From Mobula hypostoma (Eukaryota): a stretch of DNA of 64,000 nt. How positions within the stretch are numbered: position 1 is the stretch's first letter; each line of letters starts with the position of its first letter. This document shows, piece after piece, positions 38,401-49,465 of the stretch. A program made the position numbers and the translations under genes. The notes under the pieces are model-generated. The model was not told the DNA's origin. It made no database searches and saw nothing but the letters and a program-made list of their open reading frames with translations. Location of the stretch: contig NC_086107.1 of NCBI RefSeq assembly GCF_963921235.1, positions 45,694,001-45,758,000 on the forward strand. The letters run 5' to 3'.

Positions 38401-41400
38401 GCCATCTCACCCAGTTGCTCCCCCACCCTCATGATCTGACAAACCAGAGATTCTCTCTCACTATCACATTCCTGTGTTTTCCATTATTTTAATCACTTGT
38501 TACTCTTTAATGAATTAATTTAATACATTATAATCAAAAATATTCCTGACAAGCCATCAACTATTCAGTACTGCAACCTAGCAAATGTCAGCACATGCTA
38601 AACCCCCTAGCCTTCTGCATGAAGCTTTCACATTACCACATTCTGCTTTTCCTACTTTATCATGCAATCCATTCAAATTATAATTTATAGTTAGACTCTG
38701 CCCCTTAATTTTAACCATTTAAACTCTTACTATTTTCATACTCCCAAGCTATACCATTTCTATATTATTCTCCATAACTTCCACTTTTTAGCTTCCATTA
38801 TCTTCTAAAATAATGGGCTATTTCTACTTGTTAGAATGGTAACCATTAACTTTGCTGGCTTTAGTTCAGACTCAAGTCCCACATGAACTGGAGGACAAAA
38901 AGCATTCTTATCAAAAATCTCTTTTTCCCGCAGTGCTCTTATTTTAAGAAGCAGAAAACACAATCCAAAGACAGTGCTCTCCACCCCATCCACTTTCTCC
39001 CTGTTCCCTATCTACACTTTCTGCTGTGACTTCCCTTAAGTGGTACAAGAATTGATTAAGTGACATGCAAAAGTTTGGGCACCCCGGTCCAAATTTCTGT
39101 TACCATGAATAGTTAAGTGATTAGAAGATGAACTGATCTCCAAAAGTCATAAAGTTAAAGATGAAACATTCTTTTCAACAACAAGATTAGTGTATTATTT
39201 TTGTTTTGTACAATTTTAGAATGAAAAAAAAAGGAAAGGAGCACCATGCAAAAGTTTGGGCACCCCAAGAGATTAGAGCTCTCATAACTTTTACCAAGGT
39301 CTCAGACCTTAATTAGCTTGTTCGGGCTATGGCTTGTTCATAATCGTTAGGAAAGGCAAGGTGATGCAAATTTCAAAGCTTTATAAATACCCTGACTCCT
39401 CAAACCTTGTCCCAACAATCAGCAGCCATGGGCTCCTCTAAGCAGCTGCCTAGCACTCTGAAAATTAAAATAAATGATGCCCACAAATCAGGAGAAGGCC
39501 AAGAAGATAGCAAAGCATTTTCAGGTACCCATTTCCTCAGTTCATAATGTAATTAAGAAATGGCAGTTAACAGGAATGGTGGAGGTCAAGTTGAGGTCTG
39601 GAAGACCAAGAAAACTTCAAGAGAACTGCTCGTAGGATTGCTAGAAAGGCAATTCAAAACGCCCGTTTGACTGCAAAAGACCTTCAGGAAGATTTAGCAG
39701 ACTCTGGAGTGGTGGTGCACTGTTCGACTGTGCAGCGACACCTGCACAAATATGAATTTCATGTCATCAGAAGAAAACCTTTCCTGCATCGTCACCACAA
39801 AATTCAGCATTAGAAGTTTGCAAAGGAACATCTAAACAAGCCTGATGCATTTTGGAAACAAGTGCTGTGGACTGATGAAGTTAAAATAGAACTTTTTGGT
39901 CGCAATGAACAAAGGTATGTTTGGAGAAAAAAGGGTGCAGAGTTTCATGAAAAGAACACCTCTCCAGCTGTTAAGTATGGGGGTGGATCGATCATGCTTT
40001 GGGCTTGTGTTGCAGCCAGTGGCACAGGGAACATTTCACTGGTAGAGAGAAGAATGAATTCAATTAAATACCAGCAAATTCTGGAAGCAAACGTCACACC
40101 ATTTGTAAAAAAGCTAAAGGTGAAAAGAGGATGGCTTCTACAACAGGCTAATGATCCTAAACACACCTCAAAATCCACAATGGACCACCTCAAGAGGCAC
40201 AAACTGAAGGTTTTGCCATGGCCCTCACAGTCCCCCGACCTAAACATCATTGAAAATCTGTGGGTAGACCTCCAAAGAGCAGTGCATGCAAGAAGGCCCA
40301 AGAATCTCACAGAACTAGAAACCTTTTGCAAGGAAGAATGGGCAAAAATCCCCCAAACAAGAATTGAAAGACTGGCTACAGAAAGCGTTTACAAGATGTG
40401 ATACTTGCTAAAGGGGGTGTTACTGACCATGCAGGGTGCCCAAACTTTTGCTTTGGGCCTTTTTCCTTTTTTGTTATTTTGAAACTGTAAAAGATGGAAA
40501 TAAAAAAGTAATCTTGCTTAAAATATTAAAGAAATGTGTTACCTTTAACTTTATGCCTTTTGGAAATCAGATCATCTTTTACTCACTTAGCTATTCAGTA
40601 ACAGAAATTTTGACCAGAGGTGCCCAAATTTTTGCATGCTACTGTATTAAGCTGACCAGACTTGCTTTACATCTCCTTAAACAGAAGCATTTCAGTGGAT
40701 TACACACCAGTCATTGGCATTTCAATTAAAACAATGGAAGCCTTGCTAAATGAGAAAATGCAAAAACAAACCAAATAGATAACTTATTCCAAAACAGATA
40801 GTTTTGCTTTGTTAGCATTCTAGACATGACAGTAGTGGATGATATTACCAAATTTTTAGAAGTCAGATTGAAAGTGTCAGAAATAAATTAAAACATGGAA
40901 AGATTGAATGGTTGGTGAACTGAAATATTAACTGCTTCTGTCTCTACAAATGTTGCCTAAATTCCTCAGGTTCAGCATTTTCACTGGGATTATGATATTT
41001 TTATAGAAATAAAAGAATACCAAAGATGAAGGAAAGTATAAATATTTGATATGGGCATACCTTTTTACTGGTTGGTTTACCCATGACGTTGCCTTTTTCG
41101 AGTTTAGTGCATTTCGATGACTTTCTCCACACATGTAATTTGACATTTTCCCCAGCACCAAGTTTGCAAAAGTGTTGGAAATGCCTCTGTGATAAAATTG
41201 GTTTCTGTGCAAATGATACATTTACTTTAGCTGTGCTGGCTTTCCTCTTCACATTCTTTTCTAAACACTGTTCCTTTAAATCTTCAGCGACTCTTCTTGT
41301 GGAAGAACTAGTAAGTTGTGCAGAAAAATTCCATGGATTGTAGATGTCTGTTGTAAAGAAAGATTTCCAAAGTATTTCATTCTGTTCCTCATCACTAAGT

Positions 41401-44367
41401 GATTCGTAACTATTGCACTGAGTAGATGACTCTTCAGAGTCATCCCATTCATCATCATCAGTCGAACTGCAATCTTCTTCATCATCCACTTCATTCTTCT
41501 GTTCTCTCATAAGTTTTGTAAATGCACTTTGATTGACAGGGTACCCAACAACCACACATTTGCCATCAGTCATACAGTTACCATCATCTCTGAAGTATTC
41601 TTGGTTGAACTTATTATTCAGATAAGGTTGACAATAGTCCTCCTCAGTACTGGGCTGCAAATTTTTTTCTGATTTAAATGGAGGCATAGAGATTATTTTG
41701 TGGTCAGTTAAATTACATTCATTTAAGGTCAATTGAGAATTAATTTCTTTGGCAGTCTTTACGAATCTGCACTGCAGGCTACAGGCATCATTGGTACCAA
41801 ATGCTCTTCCAAACCCGTTCAGTAAACTTTTGTCACATTTTTTGACTTCAACCACTTGTTCATTACTTGGTGGCCCCTTGTCTATAGGCTTGAGATGTGA
41901 TGATCTGGATAGCCGAAGAACTGCAAAATATCAAATCCAAGATGAAATTGGCTATGATGGCATAATCACAAACATGCCAAATATTAATAACTTATCTTTA
42001 TAAATGATTAGGCTGAAGACAGACAGACCATCCCAGACCCCTTCAGTTTCACATCTCTAAAAGACAGAGAAGGTGGTGTACCATTATGATTCAACTGAAG
42101 TCTTGGTCCAATAAGAATCAAATACACATTCACACACGCCCCAGCTCCTTCATGTTTCTGTAATACATCAAATGGTCATTGTATACACCTATATTTCCAA
42201 TCTTTCAGATCTGCAAATGAATGTTAAGTGATAAACACAAGAGATTTGGCAGATGCTGGAAATCCAGAGCAACCAGCATTTTGTGTGTGTTGCCCACAGA
42301 GTACTTACGAAATTGGACAGTCAGTATGGCAGCAACCATCAAGCTTGTTTCAAGACCTTCCCTGATATTATTATAACTCAATGGTTAAAAACAAAAGCTT
42401 CCTTCCCTTTCTTGCAATGCCCTTCCTGCCAATGTCCCTAAAAAGCATCATCTTGCTGTCAAGCAAATTTAGTGGGGAAAAACTAGTGAGTAGAATTAAC
42501 AGTAATCCCAAATTAGACTTGAAGACAGAACTAACTTAATGTCACTGTTACAATTTACATTCACCAAAATGAGGGTGCTATACATTTATCCATAAATCCT
42601 AAATCCCCTACATAGATCTGTCTTTCCAAATTCATCACAATCCAATTATTTCATAAAATCTAAGGCACGAAATCCACAAAAACTGCAAGCAACACTATTT
42701 ATCTCAAATATGGCTGTCATACTAAGAAAGAAACTTCGTAACAATGTATGGCAATATTTTCTCTAACGTGCATCCAACCTGATGGCATAAGCATTGAGTT
42801 TTCGAAATTCTGGTAACCCCCACCCGTCCTGCAAATTTCCTCATTCCTGCTTCCCCCTCTGACCTGATCTCCTTACCTACTCATCACCTCCCTCTGGTGC
42901 TGCACCTCCTTCCCTTTCTCCCATAGTTCTTTATCCTCTCCTTTCAGATTCGCCCGTCCACATCCCTTTCTCTTTCACCATCAACTTCTCAGCTCTACTT
43001 CACCCCCCCCCCTCGTTTCATCCATCATCTACCACCTTGTACCTCTTCTTCCTCCCATCTTCTCACGTACCCCGTGACGGGGATAAAGAAACCAGCAGAA
43101 ATAGAAACCACTTTGGAGTCCAGTATTGCTATAAACTACTAATATTAGCGGGGGGGAGGGGAGGCATAGACAACTCCCCACCAGTCAACCCCCTACGTTG
43201 GAATAGCAATTTGGATCAATCCGCCTGATTGATCCTCCAAAACCCACTTTCTCTGTGGGCACAACAATGCTCATTCAGTGTCCAGAACATGTGTCCTGAG
43301 GTCTGTATCATCTGACCTCCTATTTATTTGTGCTGAGCATCACCTGTCATTCAAAGAGTCCCTCCCTCCTTTGTCTACAAAGAAATGCACAAGCAGGCAG
43401 TAAGTCCTTGAAAGTAACATCAATAATGTGCTGAAAATCATAACATCGCGTGTCCATTAAATAACACTGCCTTTGGTCACCATAGCAACCTTCGAGCTGC
43501 TCGGTGCTGTCTCCAACTCCAAACTCAGTAAAAATCCAAAGTTTCTTCCAATGCCTTAAAGTGACAGTCCAACCGTCAATCTTCGTCTCTCTCTCTCTCT
43601 CTTCAAAAGCAACAAAGCGGTAGTAAATAACTCTCTCTCTCCTTTCCAAACAAACCATCAATGATAAATGTCTCTCTCTGTTTCTCTTCAAACAGTTAAT
43701 AGGGGCACACCTGGATCCCCTCACACTCCGGCTTCTCTTCTTTCCAGTCCTGGTGAAGGGTCTCAGCCAGATACGTCAATCATTTACTCTTTTATTCGTC
43801 GTTGCTGCCTGGCCTGCTGAGTTCCTCCAGCATCTGCAGACTTCCTCGTGTTTATGACTTCATAACAAGCATTTGTTTTAACAATGCTGGCTCAGATTAC
43901 GAAAGCGCTTACCCGTACGGACCCGTTCAGAAAGACGGATAGCCAAGGTTTACCACAGGCAGCCAATCCTTTTCTGGTGATCTGAACCAGTAAGTGTTAA
44001 AACACACACACACACAACACGGGACTGAAACATGACCAACACTGTTGTTTCAGAACATAGGAGAGATCACGAACAACACTCCCATCAATTATAACGTTCT
44101 GCGCACCAAGAGTCTTGGTTTAGAATTCCAAAGGGAACGAAATACATCACAAACCCTTTCGACGGAGGCAAACTGTTTTTTCAGCCCCGCGTCCCCTGCT
44201 CATCAAGGGTTTCGCTTACCTGAGTGGAGCTTAATCAACAGCGCAAGAAAGACCCTGAACTGGGTCAGCAGAATCAGCCCACAGTGCCACAGGATGGACA
44301 GAGAGCAACTAACCCTGGCGAAAAGGGTGGTTGAGTGTTGATTGTGAATGTGCTTGACGGGAACCAT
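35251..44367 (-). CDS. Protein phosphatase 1 regulatory subunit 15 family protein (GADD34/CReP-like eIF2alpha phosphatase subunit), 3 coding exons, 408 aa
   Basis: Join 44367-44220, 41920-41061, 35469-35251 = 1227 nt, open frame, GT-AG introns with matching phases (1, then 0). Contains a hydrophobic N-terminus, an acidic tract, the PPP1R15 motif LWKSFFTTDIYNPWNFSA, KKLRF, and the eIF2alpha-binding motif RKGHWIQAAHDRLRF...AIGYCL...R..IW. Confidence 0.88.
35857..36252 (+). mobile_element. Rex1-like LINE 3' fragment in PPP1R15-like intron 2
   Basis: HP...F..LPSGRR...R..NSFFP-type C-terminus and a (taaagta)n tail. Confidence 0.7.
36361..36780 (-). mobile_element. Penelope-like 3' fragment
   Basis: LQPDGMNINFS end of the GIY-YIG domain plus a pLTR similar to 9652-10100. 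Confidence 0.75.
39059..40644 (+). mobile_element. Tc1/mariner DNA transposon (long terminal inverted repeats with internal direct repeats, DD34E), full-length but defective
   Basis: About 200-bp inverted repeats with outer and inner catgcaaaagtttgggcaccc motifs. TA flank. Transposase from ATG at 39428 with frameshifts and a stop; motifs WTDE, QQANDPKH (catalytic D changed to A), SPDLNIIE. Confidence 0.93.
41061..41920 (-). CDS. PPP1R15-like exon 2 (860 bp)
   Basis: Acceptor attttgcag at 41921-41922 and donor AAG|gtatgc at 41060. Overlaps the 284-aa ORF with the acidic tract and the LWxSF..D.YNP.NF.A motif. Confidence 0.92.
42800..43855 (+). mobile_element. Penelope-like 3' fragment interrupted by a solo LTR
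   Basis: Pyrimidine-rich 3' region continues after 43725 into cagtcctggtgaagggtctcagcc...cctgctgagttcctccag. Confidence 0.7.
43061..43725 (-). mobile_element. Solo LTR (Gmr1-like family related to element B LTRs), internally deleted
   Basis: Begins cacgtaccccg...aaaccagcagaaat...tggagtc like 26645 and 27848. Ends tcaca. TSD not clear. Confidence 0.7.
44220..44367 (-). CDS. PPP1R15-like coding exon 1: MVPVKHIHNQHSTTLFARVSCSLSILWHCGLILLTQFRVFLALLIKLHS
   Basis: Strong Kozak context gacATGg. Consensus donor CAG|gtaagc in phase 1, matching exon 2. CpG-rich region. Hydrophobic segment consistent with a membrane anchor. Confidence 0.75.
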
Positions 44368-44549
44368 GTCACTGAAACAGCCTTGTAGCCGAGCCACGAC
44401 ACCAAAGGAAGACCGGTTTAACACCAACACAACCTTGCCTTTATCTTCTGATAACTTGAACAATATTTGGTGCTCCCAAAGCCCGAACACTACCAATGGA
44501 CAACGAATCGAGATGGCAATGCTTCTCTTCCGTAATCAGAAGGATCCCC

Positions 44550-45020
44550 TCTACAGAGGGAAATCACGTAGAAACATATACTATATCATCAGGCACCAGA
44601 GTTTCCACAACGTCACACGGGAAATTCCGACCAGAGCACGGGGGAAGCCTCAAATCACCCCAAATGAGTCACCAATACGATTACCACTTGTTTTGAATGA
44701 ACCCACCCAACATACCTCTCCAGCAGTTGCTATTAATTAATTAATTAGTTTTTGTTCTTAGTGTCGTTTATGAACTTGCCAGTCCGATTTTCAAAATATA
44801 ATTTCGCAGAATGATTCAACCAGGCAGTTACTTGGGGTTATAAAGCATTAATGTAAGATAAGCAAATATTTGCGGTCTTTATGGGACAAAAACTAGGAAT
44901 TATAATAGCTAATTTGGCACTATCAAATTGTTGCCCAGTCCTTCGATTTCAATTGGATTAATTGTGGTAACGTAACGACTGTTTCTGGAAGCAAATCCAT
45001 AATTATAGCTGACGTCATGA
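44550..45020 (-). promoter_or_regulatory. Putative promoter of the PPP1R15-like gene
   Basis: TATA-like 44576-44586, half-CRE 44610-44615, NF-kB GGGAAATTCC 44619-44628, AP-1 TGAGTCA 44665-44671 with adjacent CCAAT, full CRE TGACGTCA 45010-45017. Confidence 0.6.
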
Positions 45021-45639
45021 ACTGCGTCGAAAGCGCGGGGTTGACAAAACTTGCAAAATAATTATCTTCGCGCACAGTAGACGGAAAAACAGCTGAAATC
45101 ATGGAAATAACAATTCCTCAAAACAATACTCCCACTTCGATATCCCTCCGGCAGTGCACATCAATTCCGTTCCTGTGAATTTCTGCCATTAAGGTCTGAA
45201 TTCCAATTCAAGCTATCCAAGTTTCTAAACGCTGCTATTAATGATAACGTCTTCAGGTACTCTGGTTCGGAGCTATGACAGTTCCTCCGTAAAATTTAGT
45301 TACCGACCTCTTCAGACCACGCCTAAAGATTTATCTGCACGGGCTTTCTGTCACTGACCCAGTTTCTCCGAATGTCTGAAGTGTTCAATTTTACCTGGTA
45401 AAATGGAAAGAAGCAGGAACCTTTTTGTACGTCGATAAGCCATTGGAAGACGAAATAAGTCAGTTCTCTGCTAGGAAAGGCAATTAAAGAAATTCAGCGT
45501 GATATGTATGAGAATAACTATTGCTGGAGTCAACGCGGCAAGATTCTGGTGATATCTATACTGAGTTGGATTTTTAAAAAGTTTTTTTTATCCTGCATAT
45601 AGCAGTATTTCATAGGATTCCGTGGATTGGCCATTTAGA

Positions 45640-48600
45640 ATCAATAGGCTTGCCTAACGAGAGGGTAGTAGTCGACGGAACTTTTAATTCTGGCCGGTGA
45701 TCTTGACTAATGGTGTTCCGCAGGGAGCCATGTTGGGACCTCAGCTCTGTGATATATGTAGGTGACCTGAATGCGTATGTGAATCGGTAAGTTAATGAAT
45801 TTGTAGATGCAGACTGTGTGGATAGCGTGGAAGACTGCTAAAGAACACTGTGGTATATAGATCAGATAGGGAGGGAAAATTGTCAGTTGTGGAGTTGAAA
45901 CCAACCGAATGAAAAAATGTTGCATTTGTGGGCATCAGATGTAAACAGACTTAAAAAGCAAAGGATGTCAGGATTTAAGTCCATGGCTCCCTGATTGTAG
46001 TCACAAGTTTACAGGATGGTAAGAGCAGATGGTACGCTTGCCTCGAGAAATGGAGTTCAAGAGTCAGGAAATAATATGCAGCATTGTAAACTGCAGCTAG
46101 GCCACGTGGAATTATTACAGACAGTTCAGATTGTCCTTCCATTAGGCAGTCATCTTAAACAGTGGTGGGGGCTTTTTGTTGTAATATTAGCAGGCCTTTT
46201 GAGCCACACCACTTAGCAATTGCCAGTTTAATCCTAGCCGAATCACAGGACAATTTACAATGACAATTAACCTAACCAGTAGGTCTAAAGACCATGGGAG
46301 GAAACTGCAATACCCAGAAAAAAAAACCAAGCATTCTACAAGCAGAACATATAGAAACATAGAAAACCCACAGCACAATACAGGCCCTTTCTCCCACAAA
46401 GTTGTGCCAAACATGTCCCTACCTTAGAAAATACTCGGCTTACCCATAGCCCTCTATTTTCCTGAGCTCCATGTACCTATCCAAAAGTCTCTTAAAAGAC
46501 CCTATTGTATCCGCCTCCACCGCCGTTGCTGGCAGCCCATTCCACGCACTCACCACTCTCTGAGTAAAAATACTTATCCCTGACATCTCCTCTGTACCTG
46601 CTTCCCAGTACCTTAAACCTGTGTCCTCTTGTGGCAACCATTTCAGCCCTGGGAAAAAGCCTCTGACTATCCACACGATCAATGCCTTTCATTATCTTAT
46701 ACACCTCTATCAGGTCACCTCTCATCCTCCGTCGCTCCAAGGAGAAAAGGTCGAGTTCACTCAACCTTTTTTCTTTTTGGGAGCATGCCTTATGAGAATG
46801 GGTTGAGTGAAGTTGAAGTCATTTTGTTATTTTTGTATCTTTCAAAATCTGCCTTCCAATCTGCACCTCAGTGTCTCTGTTACTGTTGTGGGGGTAAGAA
46901 TGGGTCAATAGAATACTCCCAATAGAGTGATTGCTCCCTTCCTGTTTATTACTTCCACCCACACTGACTCAGCACACGATGCCTCCAAGTACTCCCTTTT
47001 GCAGTTGTGAATATTACCCCTGATTAACAATACCACTCCCACACACCTTTTTTTATCTCCCTTCCTGCCTTTTTGTAGCATCCAAACCCCTGATCAACCA
47101 GCAGCTATTCCTGCCTTTGTGATGGCCAAATCTCTGTAATGGTCACATCATAATTCCACAAATTCACCCATGCTCTGAGTTTTCTACACGATCAATGCCT
47201 CTCATCCTCCGTCGCTCCATGGAAAAAAGGCTGATTTCACTCAACCTGTTTTCATAAGGTATGCCTCCCAATCCAGGCAACATCCTTGTAAAGCTCCTCT
47301 GCACCCTTTCTACATCCACATCCTTCCTGTAGTGAGGTGACCAGAACTGAGCATAGTATTCCAAGTGGGATCTGACTAGGGTCCTATATAGCTGCAACAT
47401 TACCTCTCGGCTCATAAATTCCACAATTGAAGGTCAATACACCATATGCCTTAACCAGGGTCAACCTCTGCAGCTGCTTTGGAGTCAGACCCCAAGATCC
47501 CTCCAATCCTCTACACTGCCAAGAGTCTTACTATTAATACTATATTCTGCCATCATATTTGACCTACTGAAATGAACCACTTCACACTTATCTGGGTTGA
47601 ATTCCATCTGCCAATTCTCAGCCCAGTTTTGCATCTTATCAATGTCCCACTATAACCTCTGACAGCCCTCCACACCTCCAACCATCAAACTTACTAACCC
47701 ATCCCTCCACTTCCTCATCCAGGTTATTTATACAAATCACAGAGAGCAAGAGACCAAGATGATCCCTGAGGCACACCACTGGTCACTGACCTCTGTGCAG
47801 AATATGACCCCCCTACAACCACTTTTTGCCTTCTGTGGACAAGCCAGTTCTGGATCAACAAAGCAACGTCCCCTTGGATCCCATGCCTCCTTACTTTCTC
47901 AGTAAGCTGCTTTTTTAAAAAAATTAATGACGTGGATGTTGGGGTAGAAGGGTGGGTTGGCAAGTTTGCAGACGACACAAAGGTTGGTGGTGTAGATAGT
48001 GTAGAGGATTGTCAAAGATTGCAGAGACATTGATAGGATGCAGAAGTGGGCTGAGAAGTGGCAGATGGAGTTCAACCCTGAGAGTGTGAGGTAGTACACT
48101 TTGGAAGGACAAACTCCAAGGCAGAGTACAAAGTAAATGGCAGGATACTTCATAGTGTGGAGGAGCAGAGGGCTCTGGGGGTACATGTCCACAGATCCCT
48201 GAAAGTTACCTCACAGGTGGATAGGGTAGTTAAGAAAGCTTATGGGATGTTAGCTTTCCTCAGTCGAGGGATAGAGTTTAAGAGTCACAATGTAATGATG
48301 CAGCTCTATAAAACTCCAGTTAGGCCACACTTGGAGTAGTGTCCAGTTCTGGTCGCCTCACTATAGGAAGGATGTGGAAGCATTGGAAAGGGTACAGAGA
48401 TTTACCAGGATGCTGCCTGGTTTAGAGAGTATGCATTATGATCAGAGATGAAGGGAGCTCGGGCTTTACTCTTTGGAGAGGAGGATGAGAGGAGACATGA
48501 TAGAGGTGTACAAGATAGTAAGAGGAATAGATAGAGTGGATAGCCAGCACCTCTTCCCCAGGGCACAACTGTTCAATACAAGAGGGCATGGCTTTAAGGT

Positions 48601-49465
48601 AATGGGTGGGAAGTTCAAGGGGGATATTAGAGGAAGGTTTTTTTTACTCAGAGTGGGTGGTGCGTGGAATGCACTGCCAGAGTCAGTGGTGGAGGCATAC
48701 ACACTAGTGAAGTTTAAGAGACTACTAGACAGGTAGATGGAGGAATTTAAGGTGGAGGCTTATATGGGAGGCAGGGTTTGAGTGTCGGCACATTGTGGGC
48801 AAAAGGGCCTGTACTGTGCTGTACTATTCTATGTTCTATGGGGTACCTTATCAAATGCCTTGCTGAAATCCAAATACACTACATCTACTGCCCTTTCTTC
48901 ATCAACGTGTTTAGTCACATCCTCAAAAAATTCAATCAGGCTCGTAAGGCACGACCTGCCTTTGACAAAGCTATGCTGACTATTCCTAATCATATGCCTC
49001 TCCAAATGTTCATAAATCCTGCCTCTCAGGATCTTCTCCATCATCAACCACCGAAGTAAGACTCATTGGTCTGATTTCCTGGGCTATCACTACTCCCTTT
49101 TCTGAATAAGGAAACATCTGCAACCCTCCAATCCTCTGGAACCTCTCCCATCCCCATTGATAATGCAAAGATCACCACCAGATGCTCAGCAATCTCCTCC
49201 CTTGCCTCCCACAGTAGCCTGGGGTACATCTCATCTGGTCCCGGTGACTTATCCAACTTGATGTTTTCCAAAAGTTCCAGCACATCCTCTTTAATATCTA
49301 CGTGCTCTAACTGCAAGTCATCACTACAATCACTAAGATCCTTTTGCATAGTGAATACTGAAGTATTCATTAAGTACCTCTGCCATTTCCTCCAGTTCCA
49401 TACACACTTTCCCAACTGTCACACTTGATAGGTCATATTCTTTCACATCTTATCCTCTTGTGCTT
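45640..49465. mobile_element. Cluster of CR1 LINE fragments: 45640-46170 (+), 46345-46765 (-), and about 46830-49465 (-) interrupted by a younger CR1 at 47930-48840 (+)
   Basis: ORFs with LERRRMRGDLIE, SGVPQGS, DKSPGPD, YLDFSKAFDKVPH. (ttctatg)n tails. Confidence 0.85.

Noticed and set aside
41001-41855. 284-aa ORF as a standalone single-exon gene
   Set aside because: It starts at GTG, is bounded by good splice sites, and joins in phase to exons at 44220-44367 and 35251-35469. It is an internal exon.
35251-44367. Assigning the symbol PPP1R15A or PPP1R15B
   Set aside because: The flanking genes are PLEKHA7 and RPS13, not PLEKHA4 or PLEKHA6/PIK3C2B, and the sequence has mixed features. Orthology needs a phylogeny. 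The introns also argue against a retrocopy.
45020-45560. Additional coding exon or divergent gene upstream of PPP1R15-like
   Set aside because: CpG-containing unique sequence with a donor-like site near 45395, but no ORF or recognisable RNA motif could be supported.
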